Part shown: one piece after another, positions 38,065 through 48,427 of the stretch
Position numbering within the stretch: the stretch's first letter is position 1
Layout of the letters: every line of letters begins with the position of its first letter
Assembly (NCBI GenBank): GCA_002399445.1
Contig: DHDR01000027.1
Coordinates: 11,632-75,631, forward strand
Source: Ruminococcaceae bacterium UBA4871
GTDB taxonomy: Bacteria > Bacillota > Clostridia > Oscillospirales > Acutalibacteraceae
Direction of reading: 5' to 3'
Length of the DNA stretch: 64,000 nt
Notes under the pieces: generated by a model
What the model saw: the letters and a program-made list of their open reading frames with translations, nothing else
What the model was told of the DNA's origin: nothing
Database searches by the model: none
Program-made: the position numbers and the translations under genes

Positions 38065-39477
38065 ATGATCAAAAAAATCACCGCTGCACTGCTGCCTGTG
38101 TTGCTCTGTATGAGCATAGCAGGCATTATTCCGGCCGCTGCATCTGCTTCTTCAGAGGCACTGCCTGCATCATCATCTGCATCCGGCAGTACCCCATTGG
38201 AACTGCAGAGCTCTAATATGAAGATGAACATTCCCAAAGGACTGTATGCATTTACGCCGGACACGCCTATCACCGATGAAAACCTGCTGAGAGCAGGAAT
38301 TACCGACTGGGAAACCCAGAAAAAAGAAATGCAGAAACGCGGTTCAGTGCTTTTAGTAAACGCCGCAAAAGGTGCTTTTACCATTTCCCTCACGAAAAAC
38401 GAAAACACCACCACACAGCAATATTTTAATATGACCACGATGTCTAATGCACAGATAAGTTCCCTGATTCAAGAAATGTGTAAGCCGCAGTCTGCAGCCA
38501 ATGGAGCCACCTCTGTTACGACAACAGCGAAGCGCTATACCAACGCTCAAAAGCTGCCGTTTCTTGATATAGAAATTAAGGGCAATGTGGAAAATAAAAA
38601 GATTGCAGAAGCGGCTTACTTCACAATTCTGAATGGTGCAGGATATCTATTTGAAACCTACCAAGAAAATAAAGCTTTAACCGCACAACAGACTGCAAGT
38701 TTGCAGCAATTGGTAAACAGTGTGCAGGTAACTAAATTCCTTCCAAAGTCTTCTGCTCCTGAATCCTCAAATTCTGATAGGATACAATTTGTTGTTTTCC
38801 TTTTACTGCCTCTTATTTTAATGGTTGCCGCTATTGCAGCAATTTTTATTGTCAGGCGCGTTCATCGCTCACGGGAAAACAAACGCACAGCATTCCTTCT
38901 GGAGCGAATTACCGCCTATCAGGCCCAGCAGAAAGCGCAGAAAAAAGAAGCGCAGGAAAAGGGTCTGCCACTTGAGGAACCAAAAGTTTTGATTGAAAAC
39001 ACCACAAAATGCGTGGCAAAAGCCCTGAAACGGTTTAGCTGGTATGATCTGCTTTTAAATCGAAAAGAGACCTGGATTTCGATGCTGGTTGTAGCGGCAC
39101 TCAGTATTGCTGCAGCTGTTTTTGTCCATTCTATTCCTCTTCGGGTTGTATCCGCCTTTGTAGCGGCTTTTTGCATCATTTACCCACTGCTGATTCCAAG
39201 AAAAGTTTTTCAGACGGAAAATGGCAGTTTCCGAAAAATGAAGACGCGCAAGATACGTTATCAGTTCCGCGCAGATGATTTTCGGGTTTCCGGTGCTTAC
39301 TCCGGCGTTTATCCTTATGTACAAATTCTCCACGTTTATGAAGTCAAGCGTTATTTCTATCTTTATCTGGGCGCCAATCACATTTATATTATCAATAAAC
39401 ACACCTTCAAGAAAGGCACAACAGACGATTTGCGGAAACTGCTGAAAGAGAAATGTCCCAAATACAAAATACACTAA
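38065..39477 (+). CDS. secreted/membrane protein with a C-terminal YcxB-like domain
   Basis: Start at ATG 38065 behind AAGGAG. Signal peptide MIKKITAALLPVLLCMSIAGIIPAAASA, three further TM helices, and a C-terminal YQFRADDFRVSG...YLYLGANHIYIINKHTF (YcxB-type). Confidence 0.6.
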   Translation: MIKKITAALLPVLLCMSIAGIIPAAASASSEALPASSSASGSTPLELQSSNMKMNIPKGLYAFTPDTPITDENLLRAGITDWETQKKEMQKRGSVLLVNAAKGAFTISLTKNENTTTQQYFNMTTMSNAQISSLIQEMCKPQSAANGATSVTTTAKRYTNAQKLPFLDIEIKGNVENKKIAEAAYFTILNGAGYLFETYQENKALTAQQTASLQQLVNSVQVTKFLPKSSAPESSNSDRIQFVVFLLLPLILMVAAIAAIFIVRRVHRSRENKRTAFLLERITAYQAQQKAQKKEAQEKGLPLEEPKVLIENTTKCVAKALKRFSWYDLLLNRKETWISMLVVAALSIAAAVFVHSIPLRVVSAFVAAFCIIYPLLIPRKVFQTENGSFRKMKTRKIRYQFRADDFRVSGAYSGVYPYVQILHVYEVKRYFYLYLGANHIYIINKHTFKKGTTDDLRKLLKEKCPKYKIH

Positions 39478-39552
39478 TCAGGAAAGAGTAAAAAGGAGAC
39501 TGCGGCCCACGGAAAATTCCGCGAGCTGCAGTCCCCTTTTCATTTGTCTCGC

Positions 39553-40425
39553 TTATGGCTTCAGCAAATGCTCGACTTCATCTGCAGCAGGATCCAGCCA
39601 CGGCGCATCTATTTCTTCGGCTTCACCACGGTCAATTTTCGCAGCAATCTGCGGATCAAGCGGGCCGCGTGCCAAAATCTTCAAACGGTACTTTTTCGCC
39701 ACCTCGTCCAGATGGCTTTCGCCAAACACGGCAATCTTTTTGCCGCAGTCAGGGCACTGGACATAGCTCATATTTTCAACAACGCCAAGAATCGGCACTT
39801 TCATCATGTCGGCCATTGTCACAGCTTTGGCAACAATCATGGAAACTAATTCCTGTGGAGAAGTCACCACGATGATTCCATCCACCGGAATCGACTGGAA
39901 CACGGTCAGCGGCACATCCCCTGTTCCCGGAGGCATATCGACAAAGAGGAAATCAATATCTTTCCAAAGGACATCCGTCCAGAACTGTGTCACCATATTG
40001 GCGATAATCGGCCCGCGCCAAACAACCGGATCTGTCTCATTTTCCAGCATCAAGTTCACACTGATGACATCAATTCCCTTTTGGCTCTTGCAGGGTAAAA
40101 TACATTTATCCTGCATCATAGCACGTCCATGAATTCCAAATGTTTTCGGTATGGACGGGCCTGTAATATCGGCATCCAAAACACCCGTGTGATAACCGCG
40201 GCGGTTCAAAAGGACCGCCATCATAGAAGTAATCAGGCTCTTGCCAACGCCGCCTTTGCCGCTGATTATACCAATTACTTTTTTGATACTGCTTTTGGGA
40301 TTTGGTTCTTTCAACAGGCTCTGCGGCTCCTGCCGCTCCTCACAGTTCTGACTGCAACTGCTGCAATCGTGTGTACATTCACTCATTTCAATCACTCCTG
40401 CCACTTTCATAGGATTTTCTGACAT
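39553..40425 (-). CDS. Mrp/NBP35 (ApbC) family iron-sulfur cluster carrier ATPase
   Basis: 290 aa. Deviant Walker A SGKGGVGKS and an N-terminal Cys-rich stretch (CTHDCSSCSQNC). Confidence 0.85.
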   Translation of the reverse strand: MSENPMKVAGVIEMSECTHDCSSCSQNCEERQEPQSLLKEPNPKSSIKKVIGIISGKGGVGKSLITSMMAVLLNRRGYHTGVLDADITGPSIPKTFGIHGRAMMQDKCILPCKSQKGIDVISVNLMLENETDPVVWRGPIIANMVTQFWTDVLWKDIDFLFVDMPPGTGDVPLTVFQSIPVDGIIVVTSPQELVSMIVAKAVTMADMMKVPILGVVENMSYVQCPDCGKKIAVFGESHLDEVAKKYRLKILARGPLDPQIAAKIDRGEAEEIDAPWLDPAADEVEHLLKP

Positions 40426-40623
40426 ATGCTATTTTAATCATAAAGAATAAGAGCCAATTTGTCAAATGACAGACAAAGAATTCATGAGAAAATTCTGCAG
40501 CTTTTTACCCGTAGTGATAAAAAGCAGGATATCTCAAATTCACATTTTCACACTGCAGAACCATCTGTTTTTCAAATCAGCCCGGTATCGGAATTTGTAA
40601 AAGCTGCCCAGCTGGTTCCAAAT

Positions 40624-41583
40624 TTAAAACTCTCTTTTTAAAGGGCGCAGGAAAAGGCTGCTGAGGGCACGATTGGGTTCCTGCCCGCCATTGATAACGG
40701 AATCAACTGCCTGACAAATCGGCAGTTCCACTTCATATTGGTTTCCCAAATGAAGCAGAGCTGTCACGGTCGGGACACCCTCTGCCAGTTTTTTATAAGG
40801 AATCTTCTTGATATAATCCTCGCCGAACTGCCGGTTATGGCTGTACCGGCTGAAGACAGTCGCTTCATAATCGCCCAAGTGTGCAAGCCCATAAGCGGTT
40901 ATCTCACGTCCTCCCATGGCTTTGATCAATCTGCCAATTTCCCGCGTGCCACGGCTCATCAGGGCTCCTTTCAGCGCAGTCTTATTTAAACCGTCCAGCA
41001 TACCCGCCGCAATTCCTATCACGTTTTTCGCTGCGGCACCCACTTCATTTCCAAGCAGATCTTCACCATAATAGAAACGAATCAGCGGACTTTCAAAAAA
41101 CTGCACCACCCGTTTTTTGACTGCATCAGAGTCACTGTCAATGACCATGCAGTTCGGAATTCCCTTGAGAAAGTCCTGCACATGGCCGGGGCCAACCCAA
41201 ATTGCCAAGTCTGTATCCGGCAAAAACTCGCGCGTTACCTGTGTCAGCCGGAGACCTGTGTCCGCTTCCAGTCCTTTCATGCACAAAACCAGTGTTTTCC
41301 CATTGCACTCTCTCGGTGAAAATTCGCGCAAAAAGTTTCTCAGATTTTGTGCACCAATGGAAATAATGACTGCCTGTGCGGAGGATAAAGCGGCATGCAA
41401 ATTACTGCTGTAATGCGTGCGGTCCGGAAAAGTAACCAGCCCGTTTGTATGGGTCTGCACAATCTGTTGAAAATGCGGTGAGCCGGAACGTCCATACAGC
41501 GTCACATCATGGCCGCACTGTTCCGCTGCATACCAAGCCAGAAAACTTCCCCACCGGCCGCAGCCGCAAACTGTTACATTCAT
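40624..41583 (-). CDS. NAD(P)H-dependent glycerol-3-phosphate dehydrogenase-like protein (divergent GpsA paralog)
   Basis: 319 aa. GCGRWGS dinucleotide fold, then KGLE, NVIGIAAGM...G.N and ...EGV.T motifs. The start overlaps the histidine kinase stop by 4 nt. Confidence 0.7.
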   Translation of the reverse strand: MNVTVCGCGRWGSFLAWYAAEQCGHDVTLYGRSGSPHFQQIVQTHTNGLVTFPDRTHYSSNLHAALSSAQAVIISIGAQNLRNFLREFSPRECNGKTLVLCMKGLEADTGLRLTQVTREFLPDTDLAIWVGPGHVQDFLKGIPNCMVIDSDSDAVKKRVVQFFESPLIRFYYGEDLLGNEVGAAAKNVIGIAAGMLDGLNKTALKGALMSRGTREIGRLIKAMGGREITAYGLAHLGDYEATVFSRYSHNRQFGEDYIKKIPYKKLAEGVPTVTALLHLGNQYEVELPICQAVDSVINGGQEPNRALSSLFLRPLKREF

Positions 41584-43139
41584 TTCTGTTTTCCCTCCGT
41601 TTCATTGTTCTCGACCTGAAGCGGCAGCTTTTGTTTGACAGCCAATGAAAACCAGAACGTACTTCCTTTTCCGATGGCACTGCGTACTCCATAGGCACCA
41701 TCATGCAAATCCAAAATGCTTTTCACAATGGACAGGCCGAGTCCCGTACCAATCTGTGCACGTTTATGCTCCTTATCCACTTTATAGTACCGCTTCCAGA
41801 TATCCTTAAGTTTCTCTTCCGGAATTCCTTCTCCGGTATCCGTTACTTCAATACGCACCTGGTTCCCATCCATCACCTGCTGCAGCATGACACGATGGTC
41901 GCTGCCAGTATAAGTAATGGCATTATTGATTAAGTTATACACAACTTGGGAAATTTTCAGTTCATCTGCGTAGACAACGACATCACAATCAGCGTCAAAC
42001 GTAAGGACACAGTCTGTCATTTTATCATAACGGTGCAAAATATTGCGAATATTGTCCGTCAGGTCGAATTCCGTTTTTTCTATTTTCTGTGTTCCGGACT
42101 GCAGCTTACTCAAATCCAGCGTATCGTTCACCAGCGCCGTCAGACGGTTCGCTTCATCAATAATAATTTGCACATTTTCCGGTGTATTTTCTCCCGGCAA
42201 GTCCCGCATGATCTCCGCATAACCTGAAATCATCGTAAGCGGCGTACGCAGATCATGACTGATATTTGCAATTAAGTCCCGCTGGAGCTGCTCCACCTGA
42301 CCCAGCTCATGGGCAGCATAATTCAGCGTGTGCCCCAGCTGGGCAATTTCGCTGTAGCCGCTCTCATCGAAAACAACGTCATAGTCTCCAGTTGCAAGCT
42401 CTTTTGCAGTTCCATTCAAGCGGATAATTGGTGCACTGATTCGCTTTGACAAATATAGAGCCAGCAAGGCGCCGACCACAAGCAGGAGCAGCGTGAGCCA
42501 CATAATCTGGGTACGAATCGTCCGGATTGTTGCCCTTTGCGGAGTAAGAATGGTATAGAGAAAAATCATGTACTGATTTCCGCTCTCGTCTTTCTGCACA
42601 GTTGCATAAACTAATGCACGGTTGGAATCATTGTGGATATCATTATTCTTACCTCGGATAACCTCATAGTGCTTTCCACCCTCCATCACAGTTCTCTGCA
42701 GCACTTCCATTAAGTGCTCTCCAATCATCATGGAAAAACGGTTTGGCGAAAAGTCGCTGTTAAAAAGAATCTTGCCATCAGCCCGCAGCCCAACCGCATA
42801 GATTTGACCGCTGCGCGCAGTTTCATCTATCACGTTTCCTAAATTAGGGCTGTAAAGGTTTTGCTGGATCGTTTCAGCAGCATTGCTGAGTTCATTCCTT
42901 TTCGTATGCTCATAGAATTGGTCAAACAAAACCGTTTGAAAAATCCACAGGACCGTCAGCACCAATATTGTAAAAATTACAAATGCACCAAAAATCCGCC
43001 ATTTAATGCTGACGTTTTTCCAAGAATGAAAAAACTTTCGCAGTGAAAATAGAAAATCAGACTTTGTTTGCCACTTCGCTTTGATAGTTGAAAAAGTAGA
43101 ACTGTGCGGCGGGGAAGAAGACTGCTTACTCTGTTTCAA
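41580..43139 (-). CDS. sensor histidine kinase
   Basis: 519 aa. Two TM helices flank an extracellular domain, followed by HAMP, the H-box ISHDLRTPLT and HATPase N/G boxes. Confidence 0.9.
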   Translation of the reverse strand: MKQSKQSSSPPHSSTFSTIKAKWQTKSDFLFSLRKFFHSWKNVSIKWRIFGAFVIFTILVLTVLWIFQTVLFDQFYEHTKRNELSNAAETIQQNLYSPNLGNVIDETARSGQIYAVGLRADGKILFNSDFSPNRFSMMIGEHLMEVLQRTVMEGGKHYEVIRGKNNDIHNDSNRALVYATVQKDESGNQYMIFLYTILTPQRATIRTIRTQIMWLTLLLLVVGALLALYLSKRISAPIIRLNGTAKELATGDYDVVFDESGYSEIAQLGHTLNYAAHELGQVEQLQRDLIANISHDLRTPLTMISGYAEIMRDLPGENTPENVQIIIDEANRLTALVNDTLDLSKLQSGTQKIEKTEFDLTDNIRNILHRYDKMTDCVLTFDADCDVVVYADELKISQVVYNLINNAITYTGSDHRVMLQQVMDGNQVRIEVTDTGEGIPEEKLKDIWKRYYKVDKEHKRAQIGTGLGLSIVKSILDLHDGAYGVRSAIGKGSTFWFSLAVKQKLPLQVENNETEGKQK

Positions 43140-43806
43140 AACGATACCCCACCCCTCTGAGTGTCACAATAAACTTCGCATATGGTCCAAGACTTTTCCG
43201 CAGCAGTTTAATATGGGTATCCAGTGTCCGGTCATCGCCATAGAAATCATACCCCCATACATTGGTAATTAATTGCTCGCGGGTCAGGGCAATATTTCGA
43301 TTACTAACCATATAAAATAAAAGGTCATATTCCTTGGGAGAAAGTTCCGCCTTCCGGCCGTCCACGGTCACAATTCGAGCCGTAAAATCAATGCTGAGGC
43401 CCTCGAAAGAAATGGTCTTTTTCTGTGGGCCGCTTCCCGATTTGGAACGCTTAATGATAGCACTGACGCGCATCATCAATTCTTTCGGGGAAAATGGCTT
43501 GACTACATAATCGTCAATGCCAAGTTCAAAGCCATGAATTTTGTCATATTCCTCTCCGCGTGCAGAAAGCATCAGGACCGGCGCTTCACAAATCTTGCGG
43601 ATTTCTTTGACTGCTGAGAAACCATCCAATTCCGGCATCATGATATCCATAATAATCAAGTCAAAATCACGCGGATGGTCACGGCAGACCTGAATGGCCT
43701 CCATTCCGTCCCCCGCTTCTACAATGGAATATCCTTCAAATTCTGCATATTTGCGAATCAGCAAACGGATTTTCTCTTCATCATCAACAACCAAAAGACG
43801 ATACAT
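43126..43806 (-). CDS. OmpR/PhoB-family response regulator
   Basis: 226 aa. Receiver domain (LVVDDE...DLIIMDIMMP) followed by a winged-helix domain (LTREQL...RGVGYRF). Confidence 0.9.
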   Translation of the reverse strand: MYRLLVVDDEEKIRLLIRKYAEFEGYSIVEAGDGMEAIQVCRDHPRDFDLIIMDIMMPELDGFSAVKEIRKICEAPVLMLSARGEEYDKIHGFELGIDDYVVKPFSPKELMMRVSAIIKRSKSGSGPQKKTISFEGLSIDFTARIVTVDGRKAELSPKEYDLLFYMVSNRNIALTREQLITNVWGYDFYGDDRTLDTHIKLLRKSLGPYAKFIVTLRGVGYRFETE

Positions 43807-44066
43807 CTTAATTCCTCCTCACAAACAGAATTTACCTTGCTGTTATTTTCCACTTATTATAGCGTACCTAGACAAAGGCTGCAAATTCAGTTTGCATAAT
43901 TATACATCTGTATGGCTTTACCATAAACGCTCTGTGTGAACAAGCCGTGAAAAACAGGTGTCACCAGATGGAAGCCCCCGCTGTGCTTGCGCCGCATCAA
44001 AAAATAAGGTATAGTTATTTTATAGTAAAGTAGTATCATTTTAATTTATCGGAAAGGAAGAGCCAG

Positions 44067-44504
44067 ATGAAATTATCGACACGCAGCCGCTATGCCTTAG
44101 AAGGGATGCTCTATCTTGCCGCTTTCGGCCAGGACAGGCCTGTTCCGGTGAAAGAGGTTGCTGAAGGCACCTGTATCTCCATGGCTTATCTGGAACAAAT
44201 TTTTTTTATGCTGAAAAAGTCTGGAATTACGTCGACTGTGCGCGGCAGCCACGGCGGCTGTGTACCCGCAAAGCCCCTGAATGAAATCACAGCCGGTATG
44301 ATTGTGCGCGCAATTGACGGAGCCATTTCCCCCGTTATCTGCGTTGAAAATCCGGAACAGTGTGACAATCGGCCATCCACTTGCTCTACGCGCCCACTTT
44401 GGATGAAAATCACGAAAGCGATTACCGAAACTCTGGACAATATTACATTGGAAGATTTGAAAAATGGCTTTTTAAAAGAGAGGGAGGCACAACAGCAGCC
44501 ATGA
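44067..44504 (+). CDS. Rrf2 family transcriptional regulator with a three-Cys cluster
   Basis: 145 aa. MKLSTRSRYALEGMLYLA..., with C-x6-C-x6-C (ICVENPEQCDNRPSTC) in the position of the IscR/NsrR Fe-S ligands. Confidence 0.85.
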   Translation: MKLSTRSRYALEGMLYLAAFGQDRPVPVKEVAEGTCISMAYLEQIFFMLKKSGITSTVRGSHGGCVPAKPLNEITAGMIVRAIDGAISPVICVENPEQCDNRPSTCSTRPLWMKITKAITETLDNITLEDLKNGFLKEREAQQQP

Positions 44505-44911
44505 AAATTTCAACAAAAGGCCGCTATGGTCTGCGGGCAATTTTAGCTTTGGCCCGCCATGGAGATAGTCTTGTTTCCCTATCCAACATTGCACAGGAAG
44601 AAAACCTTTCGCTGAATTATTTAGAAAGTATTTTTTCCCAGATGAAACGTGCCGATTTGGTCACTGGTGTAACCGGTGCACAGGGAGGTTACCGGCTTGC
44701 CCAAAAGCCATCGGAGATAACCGCTTATCGAGTACTCCATGTACTGGAAGGAAACATGTCCATTACTGAGCAAAAATCTTCCATGCCCCCCATCCGTCAA
44801 TATCTTACAAAACATGTTTGGACCATCATTGACGGAAAAGTTGAGCAGATTTTACATCGTGTGACATTGCAGGACCTGCTCAACTTGGCACAAGGAAAAG
44901 ATGAAGTTTAA
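44501..44911 (+). CDS. Rrf2 family transcriptional regulator, Cys-less
   Basis: MKISTKGRYGLRAILALA.... The ATG at 44501 overlaps the upstream stop (ATGA). There is no Cys cluster. Confidence 0.85.
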   Translation: MKISTKGRYGLRAILALARHGDSLVSLSNIAQEENLSLNYLESIFSQMKRADLVTGVTGAQGGYRLAQKPSEITAYRVLHVLEGNMSITEQKSSMPPIRQYLTKHVWTIIDGKVEQILHRVTLQDLLNLAQGKDEV

Positions 44912-45144
44912 ATTTTCTGTAGAATCGGTAATGATTGGATAGTAAACATTAATTTACTATTTTGTGAATAAAAATTATACAGTTTTATGTATTTCAAACA
45001 ATTATATAATGTGATTGAAATATTCTGTACTAATTAGTGGATTTTTCTGAAAAAATGATATATAATGGGCATAGGTTAGATATATGTAATTAATTAAAAA
45101 TAATCCTTGTATATCAAATTATTCGCTGATCAGGAGAGATCAAT

Positions 45145-47259
45145 ATGCATACTTATGATGGATTGGAGCAAAGCCCCAAAAGGAAAAGCAGTATCCGAGC
45201 TAAATTACTCAAACCTCTTCTCTCTGCCGTAATAATTGCCATTGTAATCATCGCAGCAATTGTCTACAACAATACTTCCAGTATTCTGCTTTCCCGCAGT
45301 AAAACGATCCTCAATACAAACAGCAGCAGCGTAATCAATGAAGTCAGCGGATGGATTAACACTAATCTTGCTGAGTTAAAAGCGGAACGTTCTGCTTTAG
45401 AGTATATCGCCCCAGCGAACAATGCTGTCATGAAAAATTACTTAAAAAGTACAGTAAAAAAAGATGGCACTTTCCCAGATGGAATGTATGTTGGCAAAAC
45501 AGATGGTTCTTTGGTTCATCCCGTTACTACTGTAAAGGCAGGTTTCGATTCACGGGAACGCGATTGGTATAAAACCGGCATTCATGCAGAAAATTTTACG
45601 CTTGGTCCTGTTTACAAAGATGTCAATTCACAGCAAAATGTTGTCAGTGCCTCCGGTGAATTGAAAAATAAAAGCGGTCAAGTCATAGGTGTTACAAGTG
45701 CTGATATTTCTCTGAAAACAATCACGGGAATGGTACAGCCAGTTACAATTGAAAAAACCGGCGGTGTTTTCCTTGTCGACAAAAGTTCAAAAATTGTGAT
45801 TGGCGCAAAAGATACAAGCGCTGTCGGTGTTGCCCTTGACCAAGAAAACGACAACAAATATCATTTTGTGTCAAAGGCAATTCAGCAAAATCAAACTGGA
45901 ATTCAAAACGATAAGAGCGGTAACGAAAATCTTTACATGGATATCGAATCGGTCCCCGGGAGCAATTGGGTTGCTGTTTCTTATGCCCCCCGGGCTGAAA
46001 TCATGCACGATTTAAGTACTTTAACACGCAACTTAGTCTTGGCCGCTATTATTACTATCATTGTCCTGATCTGTTTAATTAGTGTTGCTATTCGGCAAAT
46101 CGTGAGCAACCCGGTCAAGGAAATTGATGCAACAGCTCAAAAAATCGCAGCCGGAAAACTTGATGAAAAACTCACCTATCATTCGAACGACGAGTTGGGA
46201 GAACTCTCTGACAACTTTAATAAGACCGTATCACGCCTGCGTAACTATGTAAATTACATTGATGAAATTTCAAGCGTTCTAAATGAGATTGCAAATAACA
46301 ACTTAAATTATCACTTGAAATATGACTATTCCGGCGAATTTGCAAAAGTCAAACAGGCTCTTGAAAATATTTCAAATTCTCTAAACAAGACACTTGGTTC
46401 CATTCAGCAATCCGCTGAACAAGTTGCCAGCGGTTCAGACCAAGTTTCTGCCGGAGCCCAGTCACTTAGTCAGGGAGCTACCGAGCAGGCTTCTTCTGTC
46501 GAAGAACTGGCATCCACCATTGATTCCATGTCTAAACAGATTCAAGATACTGCCGACAAAGCCTCAAATGCTAATCAAAGCATGGATTCTGTCAGGAGCC
46601 AGCTGCTTGCCAGTAATGAGCAAATGCAGGAAATGATTCAAGCAATGGGTGATATCAGCGATAACTCTGACCAAATCAGCAAGATTATCAAAACGATTGA
46701 GGACATTGCTTTCCAGACCAATATTTTGGCGCTGAATGCGGCAGTAGAAGCTGCACGCGCCGGTGAAGCCGGCAAAGGATTTTCCGTTGTTGCCGATGAA
46801 GTCCGCACTCTTGCCAGTAAATCCGCAGAAGCTTCCAAAAATACAGCAGCACTGATTGACCGTTCCCTTCACTCAGTAAAGCATGGTTCTCAGATTGCCG
46901 ATAAAACAGCCCAGTCTCTGATGGCTGCTGTTGACGGCACCAAAGAAATTGTAGAACGCATCGGCATGATTGCAAATACAGCCAAAAAGCAAGCTACATC
47001 GATCCAGCAAGTGACACAGGGCGTCGATCAAATTTCCAGCGTAATTCAAACGACTTCCGCAACGTCGGAAGAATCTGCAGCAGCATCTGAAGAGCTTTCC
47101 GGGCAGGCAGAAATGCTGAAAAAACTTGTTAACCAGTTCCAGCTCAAAAGCAATGCGGCAGACTCCGCCGCTTCCACACCATCAGCAAGTACAGCCCCTA
47201 TCAAGAATGTGTCTGGTACCGAAAAAAAGCCCAATTTACCGGTTAACAGCAAATACTAA
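45145..47259 (+). CDS. methyl-accepting chemotaxis protein (Cache-type sensor, HAMP, MA domain)
   Basis: 704 aa. Two TM helices flank a periplasmic domain of about 260 aa, followed by HAMP and the highly conserved signalling hairpin [34 protein letters not shown]. Confidence 0.9.
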   Translation: MHTYDGLEQSPKRKSSIRAKLLKPLLSAVIIAIVIIAAIVYNNTSSILLSRSKTILNTNSSSVINEVSGWINTNLAELKAERSALEYIAPANNAVMKNYLKSTVKKDGTFPDGMYVGKTDGSLVHPVTTVKAGFDSRERDWYKTGIHAENFTLGPVYKDVNSQQNVVSASGELKNKSGQVIGVTSADISLKTITGMVQPVTIEKTGGVFLVDKSSKIVIGAKDTSAVGVALDQENDNKYHFVSKAIQQNQTGIQNDKSGNENLYMDIESVPGSNWVAVSYAPRAEIMHDLSTLTRNLVLAAIITIIVLICLISVAIRQIVSNPVKEIDATAQKIAAGKLDEKLTYHSNDELGELSDNFNKTVSRLRNYVNYIDEISSVLNEIANNNLNYHLKYDYSGEFAKVKQALENISNSLNKTLGSIQQSAEQVASGSDQVSAGAQSLSQGATEQASSVEELASTIDSMSKQIQDTADKASNANQSMDSVRSQLLASNEQMQEMIQAMGDISDNSDQISKIIKTIEDIAFQTNILALNAAVEAARAGEAGKGFSVVADEVRTLASKSAEASKNTAALIDRSLHSVKHGSQIADKTAQSLMAAVDGTKEIVERIGMIANTAKKQATSIQQVTQGVDQISSVIQTTSATSEESAAASEELSGQAEMLKKLVNQFQLKSNAADSAASTPSASTAPIKNVSGTEKKPNLPVNSKY

Positions 47260-47278
47260 TTTATTTGATAAATTTCAT

Positions 47279-47331
47279 AAAGAGATGCGCCTTGATGGAA
47301 TTCGGAAACTCCATCAAGGCGCATCTCTTAT
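47279..47331. terminator. bidirectional intrinsic terminator (perfect 20-bp stem)
   Basis: AAGAGATGCGCCTTGATGGA-ATTCGGAAAC-TCCATCAAGGCGCATCTCTT, between the convergent MCP and fructokinase genes. Confidence 0.8.
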
Positions 47332-47407
47332 TATCAAAAGCGAATCTGTAAATCAAACTGAAACAGACATCAGGAACAGACTTCCTGCCCATCGAATTCG
47401 CTTTGGT

Positions 47408-48370
47408 TTACTCCGTTGCTGCCGTTTTTAACAGCGCTTCAGTTTCCGACAGCGTCGGCATTGCAGGGATTCCACCGCGTTTGCCTACGCACAGCGTTGC
47501 CGCTGCATTTCCAAACCGGGCAAAAGATTTCGCTTGTTCTAATGTAATGTTTTCCACAGCAATTCCACTTTGCAGAAATGCAAACAGAAAACCTCCCCAA
47601 AACGAATCCCCTGCACCGGTAGTATCCACCACTTTGCCTGCAAAGGTTGGCACAATAGTACCGCCTTCTTTAGTACAGACATAAGCACCTTTCCCGCCAA
47701 GTGTGACAACCGCCGCTTTTGCATGCTCAACCAGTTTTGCCGCCGCATCTTCCGGACGCGCACAGCCGGTCAGCAGTTCCGTTTCCTCATCTGAAATTTT
47801 AACCAAATCCATGTACGGCAGTACACTGCGCATCTGCCGTGCAGCTTCTTCCCGCGAATCCCACAAAGGCGCACGGTAATTGGGATCATAAGAAAGCACA
47901 CAGCCAGCCTTTTGAGCTGTCTTCAATGCTTCCAGCGTTGCACTCCGCACAGGTTCTCCCGTTAAAGAAAGGGAACCCGTATGGAAAATCCGGCTATTCT
48001 GAATAATATCTTTTCGAAGTTCATCTGGACGGAGTTGGGTATCTGCGCCTGGTTTACGCGCAAAGGAAAAATGACGTTCGCCCGCACTGTTCAGAGCGAC
48101 AAATGCCAGTGTAGTGAAAAAATGATCATCTACAATCAGTCCTTCAATATTCACACCTTCATTTTGCAGTGTTTCACGCAGATAACTGCCATGCATGTCT
48201 GTACCGACTTTTCCCAAAAAAGCTGTCTGTGCTCCAAGCCGCTGCAAAGCAACCAACACATTTGCTGGTGCACCTCCAGGATTCTGTTCAAACAGCCGCT
48301 GACCATTTTCAGAATACCCTTTTTCTGTAAAATCAATTAATAATTCTCCAAGTGCTGTTACTGTAAACAT
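47408..48370 (-). CDS. PfkB-family carbohydrate kinase (fructokinase-like)
   Basis: 320 aa. GGAPANV and DTTGAGDSF motifs. Confidence 0.85.
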   Translation of the reverse strand: MFTVTALGELLIDFTEKGYSENGQRLFEQNPGGAPANVLVALQRLGAQTAFLGKVGTDMHGSYLRETLQNEGVNIEGLIVDDHFFTTLAFVALNSAGERHFSFARKPGADTQLRPDELRKDIIQNSRIFHTGSLSLTGEPVRSATLEALKTAQKAGCVLSYDPNYRAPLWDSREEAARQMRSVLPYMDLVKISDEETELLTGCARPEDAAAKLVEHAKAAVVTLGGKGAYVCTKEGGTIVPTFAGKVVDTTGAGDSFWGGFLFAFLQSGIAVENITLEQAKSFARFGNAAATLCVGKRGGIPAMPTLSETEALLKTAATE

Positions 48371-48427
48371 TTTCTTTCCTCTCTAAATTGAAACGAAATT
48401 ATTCTCTTTGAAACAAACGATTTTTCT

